Shown one piece after another: positions 27,326 to 41,303 of a stretch of DNA of 64,000 nt. The position numbers and the translations under genes are program-made. This DNA comes from Saccostrea cucullata. Lineage: Eukaryota. Location of the stretch: NCBI RefSeq assembly GCF_032062105.1, contig NW_026918602.1:1-64000 (forward strand), read 5' to 3'. The notes under the pieces are model-generated. The model saw only the letters and a program-made list of their open reading frames with translations. It searched no databases and was not told the DNA's origin. How positions within the stretch are numbered: the first letter of the stretch is position 1; each line of letters begins with the position of its first letter.

Positions 27326-29399
27326 CATGGTTTGGGGTAGGCATTAAAAAAAACTGCAAAAAAAGTGGGGGAGGGGGTAAACATCAGGTTATGTTGAGAA
27401 AAAAGTTGGGTGGGGGATGTCATCTTGATGCTACATGCCTGATTGACATGGTTTTACTTTAAAATTATGTGAGCTGTCATAGTGACTCTCTTTCATAAAC
27501 TAGAATTATTGTGAGCAAGCTCATAAAATGATACCAACCCTCCTGCTATTGCATTAAATGTTTTTTTATTACAAAAAAGGTTCAAATATTAATGTGAAAC
27601 CTTTTAAAATTTTGCTAGTGCAGATATACATACCAAAAATGACTATGACAAATACTCAAGTCATAAGTAGTAATACCGTCGTGTTGAGCACAAACTCATA
27701 CAGTACACTTTTACTGCAGTGACCTTGAAAAAGCTATGTCCTTGAGTCAAGGTCAAACATGTCCAAATGAACTTTGATCAAGGTCATGACAAACCTACAG
27801 CTCAAAAATAATTCCCGAGATGAAACCAAGTCTTTTCATTAGAATGTTACAGAATGGGCAAAGATTGCACTTTTCTTCTACCAATGACCTTGAACTTGTT
27901 CAAATGACCTTGAGTCAAGTTTTTGACAATCTCTCGATCACAAGCAATTTTAATATCAAGTATGAACTTTCAGTGGCACTTCATTGAAATATTATGGACA
28001 AGTCAAAATTTTACATACATATGGATCGGTGAACAAGGTGATTACTACCCCCCCCCCCCCCTTTTTTTCAAAGTTTTGTTTGTGAGGAATATAAAATTCC
28101 TTTTGAAATTTAATGGGCATTTATTTATCAACAATAGTAAAATTATGAGTATGGATTGATCAGAACCAATATGACCAATATAATGGACACTGTACATGTA
28201 TTCAAATTACCCCCACCCCTTCAAAAAAAGCTTTATAAATGCCAGATTATCACACATTTTAACCATTTGAAACTTTTTTCTACTAAAGTTGCCTGCAAAT
28301 TTTATTGTATAGATATGACATATAGTTAACCCGTAACAAGATCACACCATTCAGTTTTCCAGCAGTGGTTGTAGATTTTGTGTATATAGTGATAAACATA
28401 TGTAACTTTTTTCAAAATTAATAAGCATTGACGCCATGTTCTTTTCCCGTTGTCATGGCAACAATATCACCACAGAAATTTTGTTTTTCCTGTTTTGGGA
28501 GAATAAAGTAATTCCTTCTTTTAACAAATAAAGTAACCAAAATACCTTATCTTATCACGTTCAGAAAACATATTCATAGAAAAATGTCTAAAAATCATTG
28601 ATTTTCATAAGGATTTATGAACCCATTGCTAAGGAAATGAATTTCCTTGGATACCAGTCCCTTCATACGTTCAAAAAAAATTTTTAATTGTGTTTTAGCA
28701 TTAGGTAGGACAAAATCTTTTATACACCAAAAGCTTTTGAAAAAATAAAATTTTGACTTTCCATTCAATGCTCGATGCTTGCTGATTTTGACTCTTAAAT
28801 ACAAAGTCACACATAATTTTACATCTAATACATATTATAAATCAAATAATATAAGTATTGTAACGTGTACCCCTGCGTAGGGTTCTTATAGGGGATGAAT
28901 TTTCCTCTTACTCTAACTGAGTTACTCTATCTGAGTATTTGATCTAATGATATAAATATTTACAATATAACAATTTTCCTTTAACCTATCTGGGTTATTA
29001 TTTTTTTTCTTTAATCACAAAATATATACAGGCGTGGTTAAATTATGACTTGGTAACAAAGCACCGTGTACCTTGCCCCAGGTTCCTATTGATGGCAGAT
29101 ACTAGGAGTTTCGTTCTTATGCAGATCTACAGCCCCCAGTATCTCGCCTCAATTCCCCGGGATTCTTGCCACTGGTGCAATGTATACTTATTTCTTTTAT
29201 TTCACCTTTTCTTATTCTTACCCAAATTCTTCTACTGCTTCTTCTTTGCAGCTCCGCAAACGACTGACTGACCCTGAAACTCTCAGAGCGTTCTTATAAA
29301 TACCCCTTTTGGGCGAGTCTATTTCAACTCAGATAGGGGAGACAGGTTATTCCATTTAACCCGCATTCTTGGTCTTCTTAACGTTTATAGTTACAACAA

Positions 29400-31600
29400 G
29401 TCATTACAGTATATATAAATATGGAATCAGTTTTGATGAAAATGTGACAATAAAATGTAAATATATAACTATGAAAACATCATTGTATTATTATATAAAT
29501 CTGTACTTAGGAAAACAGGTAATAGTTAATCAGAGTCTGTAAGCATATCTAATGTTAGTTTTAAATTTCTGTTGAAGTTACTCTTATTATTTCTTAAGAG
29601 TTGAAAGATTGATTTCATTTCTTTCTTGAAATCACTCAAGAGTGCTGAATTTGTAATATTTTTATTTTCATACTTGATGCTGTTTCTTGTTTTCCATATT
29701 GACCACTTGTATATATAAATCAAGGTATTAATACATATTCGAACATTTTTGGGTTCTACAGCGAATCCCAATAAAACAATACATACATCAACTTTGACTG
29801 GATTTTCTACAGAGATTTTTAACATTATATTTTGTACCAATTCTAAAAGTGGTTTGAAATGTTTACATTCATAAAATAGATGTTTCTGACTCTCAATATT
29901 TGATACACAGAAAAAACAAATACCATTTGAAAAACCCATTTTGCTTAATTTTTCTTCAGTGTATAAGATGATATGCAAACATTTCCATTGAAATTCTTGA
30001 ATCTTTTGTTTTAACCTAACTTCATAAATTGAGCCCCAAATCTTTTTTCATGTAATTTCAATTTGCATCAGTTTCTCCCATTTTTGTTGGGATTTTGGAG
30101 TGATATTTTTGTTTAATACTTTTTGTATATCTTTGAGTTTTATATCTTCAAAATTTATTAACTTGTTTGTTTTTCTTACAAATAAAAAATTATCACACAT
30201 CACAAAAAAATTATTTATTTCATTATCTTTTCTATTTACAGTATTTCTCCCTTCTAGAATGCTATAAAAAAATAGCGGTTTTTATTTTACTGTATTCAAA
30301 AATCCAACTTCTTTTATCAAGTAGTTTTGAAAATATGTAAGCATTAGTCTTAAAAGTCTTAGTATCATTATCCCAAATATCTCCAATAGTTTGTAGACCA
30401 CATTTAATAAAAGACTCTACATATAGGCTTTTGCCTCGAAATTGTATATCTTTATTTCCAAAAATCTGACATTTCAAAAGTTCATCTTTGCTTTCTGGTG
30501 GAAAGTGTGATCTAAATTCACTGTATGCCAATAATGCATTTTTATAAAATGTGGGTAGTTTATTAAGAGATATGTTCATAAGATCAGAGCAATTGCAAAT
30601 AAAATATTCCTGTTTTGGATGAATATCTTTACTTTTTAGCCAGAGCTTTCCTATAGCATTCCAGTTTTCAAGTTCAGAGTGCATTATTTTGTATATAGTT
30701 TTAATTTGTTTACTTTTAATAAATGTAAATAAATTTATCATGTCTAATCCCCCCCTCAGCTTTACTAAGGCAACAAACATTTCTATCTACTTTGTTTACT
30801 TTCTGATCCCATATGTAAGACCAGATAATGTCATTAATTTTTTTACCGTAAATATTTGGTATGCCTCTCATTTCAATTTCATAACCAATAATAGGAATTA
30901 CAAGATTTTTAATTATTAATGTTTTTCCTTTAAATGTCAAATTTCTAGTTTTCCAAACATGAAGGCAATTGGTTATTTTTTTTATTTCTCCATCCATATA
31001 GCTTCAATATCAATATCGTATCCATGGTTCACGCCTTAAGTTTTAACATGCGTTGTGGTCCACTGAATTTTATTGAATTTAGGTTTTTTACCCCTTGATT
31101 TTCCAATATATAAGCCCTTTGTTTTAGCAAAATTTATTTTTGCGCCTGATGCTTTTTCATATATTTCTAAGATTTTAAAAGGATTCTTCTATAGATTCTT
31201 CGTCTTTATTGAACAATTGGGTATCATCAGCAAACATATTGATTTTGCATTCAATGTGCTGATTATTATTAGGAATATGTATACCTTTAATGTTGGGATT
31301 TTGGCGTATGGCGCAAGCGAAAGGTTCTATTTGTAATACATATAGCAAGGGAGCTATAGGACACCCTTGTCTAGCTGATCTTGTTATTGTAAAGTATTTG
31401 GAGAGGAACCCATTTGTTTTAATGCAGGTTTTTGCATTTATTAACAACATTTTTATCCAGTTACAGTATTTATTTCCAAAATTAAAGTTTTTAAAGGTAG
31501 AGTCTAACCATTCCCTTTCTAATCTATCAAATGCTTTTTGTTGACCAAGAAAAATTATTGCTCCTTCTACTTTTACAAAATTTAAGATTGTCTGCATACG
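29400..31600 (-). mobile_element. Decayed, 5'-truncated Tx1/L1-group LINE ORF2 (RT and C-terminal Cys/His knuckle)
   Basis: Frameshifted ORF pieces 31175-31597 (QQKAFDRLE, SARQGCPIAPLLY, MFADDT), 30716-30997 (WKTRNLTFKGK), 30262-30780 and 29526-29978 (CFFC...ESQKHLFYEC, WSIWKTRN). Confidence 0.9.
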
Positions 31601-32137
31601 AAAAGTTTTTTAACAGATGAGGAGCGTTTTCGGTAGTTTTCTGATCCTAAAAACCATGAAACTTCAAATACTTAATTTGATTAATTACAATGCTGTAGAA
31701 TAGAAATCGTTTTATGGGGCTAAGATTTCGTTCTTTGAGAGGAAAATGATTCTTGAAAATATGATTGTATTTTTTTAATAGAGAAAATCAAAAGACATGG
31801 ATTTCAAACCCCACGTAAGTAGATATTTGACAATGTATAAGTATTTCCTTGGTTTTATTCCTGCATTTTTGGGGTTAACCGTTTAAAACACATTCGGTAT
31901 CGTTTGTTTTTAAATTTTATATCTAAAATAAACAAAGTCAAAAACCTATTTCAATTTTTTTTGATAAGCTCAAGTGGCAATCTAACTCAATTGAATCTTT
32001 TTATTTGATAGGTGTTTTATAAAAAAAATATATCCTTATTGACATCATGATAAACAAAACTAGTCTTGGATACTTTCATTGATTCAGAATCAGTTCTATA
32101 AAACCTTTAAAACCAGATAAAGGAAAGCATAATAAAC

Positions 32138-32772
32138 TAGAGGTACTGTGAGCAGTAAACTCTTGATCACTAAATGATAACCCCCTCCCATATGATGATA
32201 ATGGCAATGTCCTTGTTTTGCTCTTGGAGTCCCGAAATAATTGTCAGATCAAAAAGTAAAAAAAGACGGTGCAGATTGGCATTATGTAATAAAAAACCTA
32301 TCAAAGTATCATTCAAATTAAACAGTAGTATAGAGGGAGTTGCGGTTAAGATATGGTTACCCTTCAAAATTATAAGTATCAGATCAAAAAGTAAAATAGG
32401 AGTTTGGCATTATGTTATTAAAAAGAATCTGTGAAAGTTTCATTCAATTTTATTCAGTGAATTAAGTGGAGAAGAGATGAGTACCCTTCAATATTATTTG
32501 AAAATGACAGTGTAAATGTTTTGCTATGGGGAACCTGCAATACGTAAAAAAATTAAAAAAAAAAAATAAAAAAAGAGGTAAACAATAAATTATTACACTG
32601 TATAATAAAGATTAATTAAGTTTTATTCAGTGGTATCAGAGGGGTTGCAGTTAAGAAATGGGTACCCCAAAGTGTAACAGACGTAAGGACGGACATAGAG
32701 ATGGATCGATTTGCAGACAGATGGACATCCCGATCACTATATTCCCTCCCATTTCTCCTCCGGGATTATAAC
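32138..32772 (-). mobile_element. Helentron/HINE element with internally repeated core
   Basis: CTAGAGGTACTGTGAGCAGT end, repeated TCAGATCAAAAAGTAAAA core, and GGAC/AGAC tract; same family as 58835-59244. Confidence 0.7.
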
Positions 32773-33159
32773 AATTATATATTGCATTCGTATAAGGAAG
32801 ACTATCTTTATGTTGAAAAGGGTATTGGACCCGGTCTTTCCTAGTATCAAAACACTTCATAACATTGTATATTAATATATAAAGAAACCTGAAAATAGAT
32901 TATTTTATATGATACAAATATCATTGCGTAATACATATTTTATTTAGGTAAACAAAATTTTATAATGCTATAATATATAAGTTTTTCGAACAAAGAGAAC
33001 GAAAAAAGAAACCTTTTTTTTCATATTTTTAATGATTGTCTTTGCAAATCCAGATATTTTTCCTATACATTTCAACATTGCATATGGAGTCAACATCATC
33101 AATATTTTCCTCATCTTCAAGTCATATTTGACATTTAACTCCTTTGAATAAGTGAATCA

Positions 33160-34190
33160 TATGGATAACAGTATTCAAGATCAAAAGTCCATAAAAATAT
33201 TAAATAGGAGCAGAACAAACGGACCTCCATAACATCAGAGGTGAGATCAGCTTCCATGGAGGAGTGAGCATCCCCTGCCAATGGTCACACCCGCCGTGTG
33301 CTCCTTGTCATGATCGGCAAATAATGGAAAAATCCGTCGTCAATTCAGTGTATAAATACTGGACTAACAATTAGTATGAAAAACGTCAGTCAGCATTTGA
33401 CTCATGCAATGATAAATTGTATTTGCTGACAAGGTCATTGTATCGGCCATAGAACTTACAAAATAATGACTTTGAACGAGACTGCTGTTTGTTTTTTTTT
33501 TGGTTTCATCTACTTGTTTGTCAATAATTTACCTCGTTTTAGAAATTGTTTATACGTAGAGTATGCTCTTTCTTATCGAATCAACTGAGATATATATAAA
33601 CTCCGTATGCAGGTGATGAAGGTATATTGCTGCATAAGTAAGGGAAGTTGACGGTAGAAAAGTTAAAGTCATCACGTTTATCATAGAGCTTGGTTGTTAG
33701 ATTACCATTTACGTCTTTTTCAAGTAAAATATCCAAATATGAAACAGATGTGTCAAACTCTGTGATATCTAATACATGAAGCTCACCAGGATATACCGTA
33801 TCGATATAAAAATAGAAATTAACATGATTGTTAATTGACAATACGTCGTCGATAAACCTGTTATCTAATTGTCGAGTTGAAGGCCACAGCAAGGTTTTTT
33901 TTTTCACACATACGACTTTGCACAAATTCTGCTTGATATGAATACAAAAATAGGACTGCTTATAACGTGGCGCAATTGGTATTCATGGGAATTCCAAAAG
34001 ATTGTTGTCGGAATTAAGACATATCATGGTTGGTCCCCTATATCATGGTTAAGCAATTTCGAAGTGCTAGTGAAACATATAATGGAGATAACGAACAGTA
34101 TTCAAGATCAAAGTCCATAAAACAATACAAAGTAGTAGCAGAGCAAACAAGGACCTCCAAAATATCAGAGGTGGGATCAGGTGCCAAAAT
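33160..34190 (-). mobile_element. Penelope-like retroelement remnant with direct terminal repeats
   Basis: ORF 33581-33925 has RT motifs RFIDDVLSINN, SYLDILL, TKLYDKRDDFNF, SNIPSSPAYGVY. It is flanked by ~100-bp direct repeats at ~33163-33255 and ~34087-34186. Other fragments occur at ~20265, 23320, 41620, 45010, 45680, 52400, 61680 and 63520. Confidence 0.8.
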
Positions 34191-34477
34191 ATTTCCTGAG
34201 TATATTCGCAAACATATTATTCATAACTAATTAAGGAAGCTAAGTTGCTTAAGGAAGTTCTCAGTAATGTTTGTTTTGCAATGTTCTCAACTATATCCTT
34301 CGACATTAACAAGCCCTTGAGTTTACTACTAGTATATTCTTAACTACGTATTTTCAACTGATAACAGTTCTAAATAAAAGCCAATGCATTTAGTGTGAAT
34401 AATATCAATTGAGAAAATAGTCGACAACTGTAAACATCTTTTATAATTCACCATTTGCTGATTTTTTACACACTACA

Positions 34478-37400
34478 AGTAAGTCTTTTTCAGTGAATAT
34501 CAGTGAAAACTAACATTTATAAGCAAGGGGTCATCTTTTAAGTAAATTGAATTATTTAACTTTGCATAAAATATAGAACAAGCAAATCGTATTGTGTTAT
34601 TTTTGTATTTTATAATGTTTTCTTTACGTCGATATCTTTGCTAATTATCTAATAAACCCTTTATAAAGTTCATGTATAAGTGATTACTAATTGACACGTT
34701 GTTATGTTTTCATTTCAGTGGAACTTATCCCACCTCCACCGATGCCTGTTGCTGAGCGATCTTCACCTATGGAGTTTACAGAGTTCAATAATTAACTCAT
34801 ATTTTAAAAATATTAATTTGACGTATAGAGCTACTATATTCAATAATTCTCCTTCAAAGACTATCTTGAAAACATACTGTATCATGTCATTTTTATTTTC
34901 ATTCTTGATATGTACCGTAATATTCCGAAATCAGCAAAATTCATATGAATTTACTTTCAGAATTTGACAACTTAAATATGTCTTTATTATTTTTCGGTAG
35001 CATTGCGGATCTTTGTGATATAGATGAATCAGAATGCAGGCAGTCATTGCTTGATTTTGCATCAAAAGAGTGTTGCTATGGAACGAAACCAGCTTCAGAA
35101 ATGAGCATTATTCGCCATCAGACCGTAACCGCTTTTACAGTAAACTTTACATTTTGTTCATTATCGCACATTAGTGCAATTTCGGGAAATTATTTCTCTT
35201 CCAATAAACGTGACTGTAATGATACTTTTATTTTAGTATACCCTAGAAACATTTACAGAGGTTAGGCAGACTGGGCCGAATCACACGCCGTACATAGATG
35301 GACCTGTGGATGGTCCTGAGAATGGTGATCCGCCTCCTGTCTGGGATATTCCGTGTTTGCCACGTACTATGTTCCACTTTGATATTAAAACGATGGAACT
35401 TCCTCACACGGCAACAGTTGCTGTAATTGTGTTTGAGACTTACTCAGTATTCAGTCAGAAAACGTTCGATTTATTACAATTTAAAATACTTTGATTAACG
35501 TGTCTAAAAGCATATAATATTATGTCCTCCTTTTGACAGGTTTGTCATTTTTGTTCGGCAACAGGCAAAACTGTATGTACGGAATGCGATGGCAGAGGGA
35601 AGAAACAGTGTATATGTTGTGGAGGACTGGGACGAGTCTTCTACTATGATTCTTACAATCAATGCAATATGAGCCAAACGTGTATCGCCTGTTTCGGTTC
35701 TGGAAGAGTTATGTAAGCATACGATTTTTATTTCTAGGTACATTAGGTAATTGTATTTGAAATTTTATAAACACAAAAAGGTCGCAGAGACCTTCATTAA
35801 AGTAAAAAACTTAAAACCAATGTCTCATGGCGATTTTTCAAAAGAATCCTTTAACTTTTCAATGACTCTGAGTTCCGGGTAAATTAAAGACGTTTATTTG
35901 AACATGTATGTGATGAAGTCTTTAAATGAGTGAAAATTTCTTAAGTAGAATATCAAACAGCATACAGTAAATTAATATAAACATAATGAAGGGAAATTGT
36001 GCAAAATATTGATATTTGTTGCATAAAGATGTCTATTTGATGCTATTGCAATATTCTTGCATTGCTTTTCATTTGTATATTTTTCCAATACATAATGCAA
36101 CCAAGCAGTTTATTTTTTATGTAAAAGGTGTGCAAACTGTTTGGGCCAAGGAGAAATAATATGCACTGATTGTTGTGGAAATAAGAAAATAAAAAAGTAC
36201 ACAGAATTAAAGGTAACATTGTAAGTATTTTTTCGTGTTATTTTAATGTGACCCAGGATTATTTATCTAAATATAAAAAGAATGTCCTAACACCAACCTC
36301 TGAAAAGCTGTTCTTCATATATTTATGTTTCTTCTTTATATTTATCAGTAAAGATTCAAACCCGTTACTTATACCACTGTCCAAATGGCAAAAACTCCAC
36401 TTATAGATCTTAGTAACTTCACAATAGCTACATCGTTACATCGGTATGATTTAATTGCATTATACTCAGTATTAATTTTTAGGAATTAACTTTGGCTGTT
36501 GTCCTGTTATAATATATAATATTCAATAGACTCTATGAGTTTGACACCCTAAATGATATACCCGCTATTGTCAATATCATGACTTGCATCTCCTTTACAT
36601 ATCAATGAGACTCATTGTGACCCTTTCGTTCTAAGATTAATGTAGATCTTATTCTATTAATTCTGAACCTATGCATTCAATACTAATATATTTACCATAC
36701 AAGTATAACCCTTTTGATGAGATTGTCCATAATATATAATATCGACCGAGCATGAATTACGAGCTTCATATGCTTTTCTAAGAAATAGAAATATCCAATC
36801 TGATAAAAGGTCTACATTTATTATATGATTATACCCCACTTAAAAATGGTGGAATAGTATGATGGGGGTTTCCGTCGGCCTGTCTGCATGGCCTTCCGTA
36901 ACGCTATAGTGTACCTATATCCTTTCTGCAACTCCTCTTATATCGCCTTAAAAATTTTTTTTTTTTTAAACTTCACAGAATCTTTGTTACATAATGCAAT
37001 TTGGCACCCCCTTTTTTACTTTGGGACGAACACATATTTAGGGTTTCCCTTAGCAAAACGTGAACGCAACCATTCTTTCTACAATATTGATACAAACTAG
37101 AAGCAACTAAGAGCAACCATGGACCTCCAAAACATCAGATCGGGTACACATTTACTTTCACAGATCGTTTATTTAAATTACATATTACATATTGTTGTTC
37201 CATTGTGCACCTTATATATTTTACTTTTTGATCTGACACTTAATTTTGGTCGACCTTAAAAAGATATGGAGGCGGGGAATCATGAACACAATGCTCACAC
37301 TACCTCTTGTTTGAGCAGAGATAAGCGAGATAAAATTTGAAAGTAATGGAATAAAATTATAATTTTTTCAAATATATAGTGCATTGTAAAACTAGAAATT

Positions 37401-39532
37401 AAATCAAATCAGTCTGGTTGTATTTTTTTATTCTTATAAAGCTATATACGAAATTTGTTAATTGAAAAAAATCATTAATTTATTTTTTCAATTACTTGTA
37501 TTGATTAATTAAAGACATATTTTAATAAAAAGAAAAACCTTGACATTGTAAAGTCATAAGAAATATTATAGAACATCATAATTATAACTAGTAAGCACAT
37601 TCATCCAATTTTGTGTAACATTGCAGTGAAAATCATCTTGAAAAACAAATTGTCAATCGTTCTGACATACCGGATTACATTATCGACACAGAAGACGGAA
37701 AATTAGTGTTTGAGCAAACCGAAGTTCAAGTAATTATAAAATTTTATGGTCTTAAAATAGGGAATACAAAAGAAATATGTTTTAAACATGATCTTCATTA
37801 TGAAATTATATTTATGAAGATGTAATACACTTGCAGATATCTATTTAAAAATATTAAATTGGATCTATCAAGATGATCAATTTAAAGATAGCTTTACAAA
37901 ATATATTTTATTTTAAGATCAACCCAATCACGACCTACACTGTTCCTGAAGTCAACAGTACCTCAAGTCGAATCGTCAATGAACATAAGAACACCTTCCA
38001 CAACGAACGGGTTATAAAACAGGTATGCATATATTATGCAAGTTTATCTATACTATTATTCTAGGGTGTTATTTTAAAATGAGAGCTTATATTCAGCTCT
38101 TAATTTTTGTCGATTCTCTGTTGTTAACTTCTTGAAAAAAGGGTCTTTTTACAAATGTCGAGTTTGATGTCAAACTTTGCCATAAAACACGTTGAGGAAT
38201 ACATTCTGTTTAAAGTATGTCACTCGTCAGCTTTTTAGAAAAGTTTAGACAGATCCTCTCACATCAAAACTATTCATTATAGTTCATGTTTTATAACAAA
38301 TTTAAATTAAAAAATGTAAATTGTTCAACATTCAATGAAAAAACTGCTCAAAAATTCATAAAAAAGCAAGATTTATGAGGGACTTTTTCTTGTGAAGGAT
38401 TTTTAGAAGAAAATTCTGCAAATCTGCACATTTATTGTATTTAATATCTTGGACCTTTAGTCTTACGTACTTTTATTCAGATAATATTTTCCGATTAGTC
38501 TTACATATTTTTATTTAGATAATATTTTCCGATTTTTCGTTATGATATGCTCAGAATATTAAATAGATGTCACAATTTACATAATTAAGAACATATCATA
38601 CACCTTCCCTCGGTAAACTTTGCCGAGAAATGAAGATATATTAATGATGTCAAGATAAGATTGGCACCGTTTCTTGCCTAAAAATTGCATAATTTTACCA
38701 ATATTTCAAAATTTACATCACTCACTCCAACTTTTTCTTTAATAATTTAAACTACTCGATGTTTTTGACTGATCAGCATTAGGTCTTAAAAAGTTTGATA
38801 CAAGAAAATATTTCATTGCCTATTCAGATTTTTAATATCCCAAAAATGTTACTTTTTAGTGAAAAAAGGTCACACAATAATTTACGAGCATTGATTTGCA
38901 AGTTTTGTTCAATGATAAATATTATTTATCCTATTTTACGTAGAATAAGATTATATTTATTGCCATGGTTACATCTGATAAAATATGATAAAGGTTAAAG
39001 TGATTAACCAAAGAATTAAAATATAAGTGCAAAAAGGTCAACTTAATTTACCGTAGTTCAGTAAGATGCACATTGAACCCCTGTTTTCTCTGCGATTTTG
39101 CGTCATACTTTATGAGTATTTAATCAAAATATACTTCTCAAATATTTCTTGATATAACAAATTGCACGAGTGACATACCTTAAGCTCACTATGAAGTAGA
39201 TTTTTTTTTTGATTATGTCAAAATGGGCTGACAATTATAGGAAATGTTTGGAATTTATATCCCAATAAAATATCAAATGTCAAGTATAAGCCTTGGAAAT
39301 AATCTTGTTTCTCATTCTCTTTACTCAGAGGACACACCCTTTGTTTCTTTTTAATTGACACAATATCTAATGATATTTTTTAAAGAGACAACAATTGCAA
39401 GCTGTCCCTATAATAGAGGTTCACTATGCTTGGAAGAATATGAGTTCTCGTTACTGGATTTGTGGTTTGAGTAGAGAGGTTTATGCTCCAGATTATCCTC
39501 AGAAGTGCTGCTGTGGTTGTAACATTTTATAA
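34478..39532 (+). CDS. SSUH2: SSUH2-like protein copy 2, ~336 aa, lacks the long Pro/Gly N-terminus, ends CCCGCNIL
   Basis: Exons (34478), 34719-34782, 35001-35139, 35237-35422, 35540-35712, 36128-36220, 37627-37729, 37918-38022, 39386-39532. Phases match copy 1 and six exon lengths are identical (186/173/93/103/105/147); no stops. Start inferred as split A|TG. The donor at 34783 (GTTCAA) is weak. Confidence 0.85.
36828..37312 (+). mobile_element. Degenerate Helentron/HINE copy in an SSUH2 copy-2 intron
   Basis: TTATACCCCACTTAAAAATGG start, CGCAACTCCTC-like core, GGAGGCGGGG...CTCACACTACCTCTTGTT end. Confidence 0.6.
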
Positions 39533-39618
39533 AATGAAATTTGCGCTAAAAGTCTTCTTCCCAGAGAGAAATTACGATGAATTTATTCATAACTTTAATC
39601 AGATAACTAACTGTATTA

Positions 39619-39858
39619 CCGTATATCCAGTTTTTTTTTTTTTTTTTGGCGATGATCTATTTTTCGCAATTTCTGCTATCATTTTTAATTCACAAAAAAT
39701 AAAACACGCAGAAATTATGTCAGCCATAACGTGACATAAAAATAACCATTTTTTAAATCTTAAATCGTAAAAAAATAACTTACGCAAAATAAAAACTATA
39801 CAAATCTACACCTTTCTCGCAAAATTTCCAACACGCGGGAAAAAAACCGGACATACGG
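39619..39858. mobile_element. Tc1/mariner-type MITE just after the SSUH2 copy-2 stop codon
   Basis: CCGTATATCCAGTTTTTT / AAAAAACCGGACATACGG TIRs with TA on both sides. Confidence 0.75.
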
Positions 39859-39966
39859 TATTCTAGTATGCTATAACATTGAATGTTATAATCACATGGT
39901 AACAATTGTCTAATAATTTGTGAGCTACTAGTATTTAGTCACATATGCTGCAGAGTGACAATATTA

Positions 39967-40131
39967 NNNNNNNNNNNNNNNNNNNNNNNNNNNNNNNNNN
40001 NNNNNNNNNNNNNNNNNNNNNNNNNNNNNNNNNNNNNNNNNNNNNNNNNNNNNNNNNNNNNNNNNNNNNNNNNNNNNNNNNNNNNNNNNNNNNNNNNNNN
40101 NNNNNNNNNNNNNNNNNNNNNNNNNNNNNNN
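39967..40131. other. Assembly gap (N run)
   Basis: Run of n. Confidence 1.
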
Positions 40132-41303
40132 CCCGAAATATAACAGTAACAGAAAAATAAAGGAATAAGAATGGTCATTTATTCAAACAAGTGCAATAAA
40201 TGACAAACAGTAGAAATATATACAATCAAATTAAAAGGACTAGGGACAAAAATATTATGCTGTGAACCCACAAGGTCGGTGGGCAATTCTGACTAGGAAA
40301 AATAAAAAAAAATTATTATTTACAACAAGCACCAGTGTTAAACTAAAAACGTCCCCGAGTCTCAATTGTAAAAATTGTTAATCCAAAAAACATAAATCTA
40401 AATGTCAATTTGTTTTTTTAAAAATCAGTAAAAACGGCTATGTAACAATTAAAAGGAAAAAAGTTATTCACTGTTATTTTAACTCGTTCTGATAAAGATT
40501 AAGCATGCAAAGGAATACATAATGTACTGTAAGAAATGCGGAAGATTAAATTTTAATAACCAAAGTTGTGAAAAACTAGTAAAAAAGATTCTAAGCAAAA
40601 CGATTTCCTATACATTGAACGTGATAGTACATTGAAAACAGAAAGAAATTTTATCGCTTTAAAAATGTATTTCATATTTACAATATTTAATATGCTGATG
40701 AAAATATTTTGCATTTTAGTTGCCTAATTGAAATAAAATTCCTTTTCACCAGATAACCAAGTTTTCTTCGACATGTGACTGCTAGTTACTTTGTCTCTCG
40801 TCTGAAACTGTCAATTTTGTTATCAAAAGTTTATGTGTTTCACGACGTTTTTTAATAAACAGTGTACATTAAACTTGAATTGTCCATTCTTCGTACAATA
40901 TAAATAAGGGTAAATTCAGTAAAACGTGTGATATTTTTTTTTAAATCAAGATCCCCTAACAAATTGTTAATCTGTTAATTTTTTCTTTTTTCAGATACAT
41001 GTAAATCACAAGTAAAAGTAGCACACATATGCTTTTTAACACAAAGTACTGTGACTCTTTTATATAGATAAAAATTCTTGACAATAGTATACTTTAATTG
41101 ATTTTCACCATGGGTGATGTAATTGTTAAAATAAATTACTCCTAATCAATTTTGGTAATCGACTCAGTTCTATTTTATTGATTTTATCAATGTAATTATA
41201 TTCTACTGTTTTTTTCATTTAAATAAACATCATTAGGAGTTTGAGTGTTCTTTTTTCTTCATCTTCCTCAATACAATTGTCAATTTTACTGATTGGATGT
41301 TAA

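Larger units (their letters stand above)
23837..28794. mobile_element. ~5-kb non-autonomous Kolobok-like DNA transposon with nested elements
   Basis: 28-bp TIRs GAGTCAGATTCAGCAAGCATCGAGCATT / AATGCTCGATGCTTGCTGATTTTGACTC (2 mismatches), TTAA on both sides, purine-purine termini. No transposase ORF seen. Confidence 0.75.

Noticed and set aside
28860-29400. U2 snRNA target at the Tx1-like LINE 3' end (as in Keno elements)
   Set aside because: No U2-like sequence recognised on either strand.
39939-40178. ORFs spanning N runs (also 61088-61484)
   Set aside because: Artefacts of assembly gaps.
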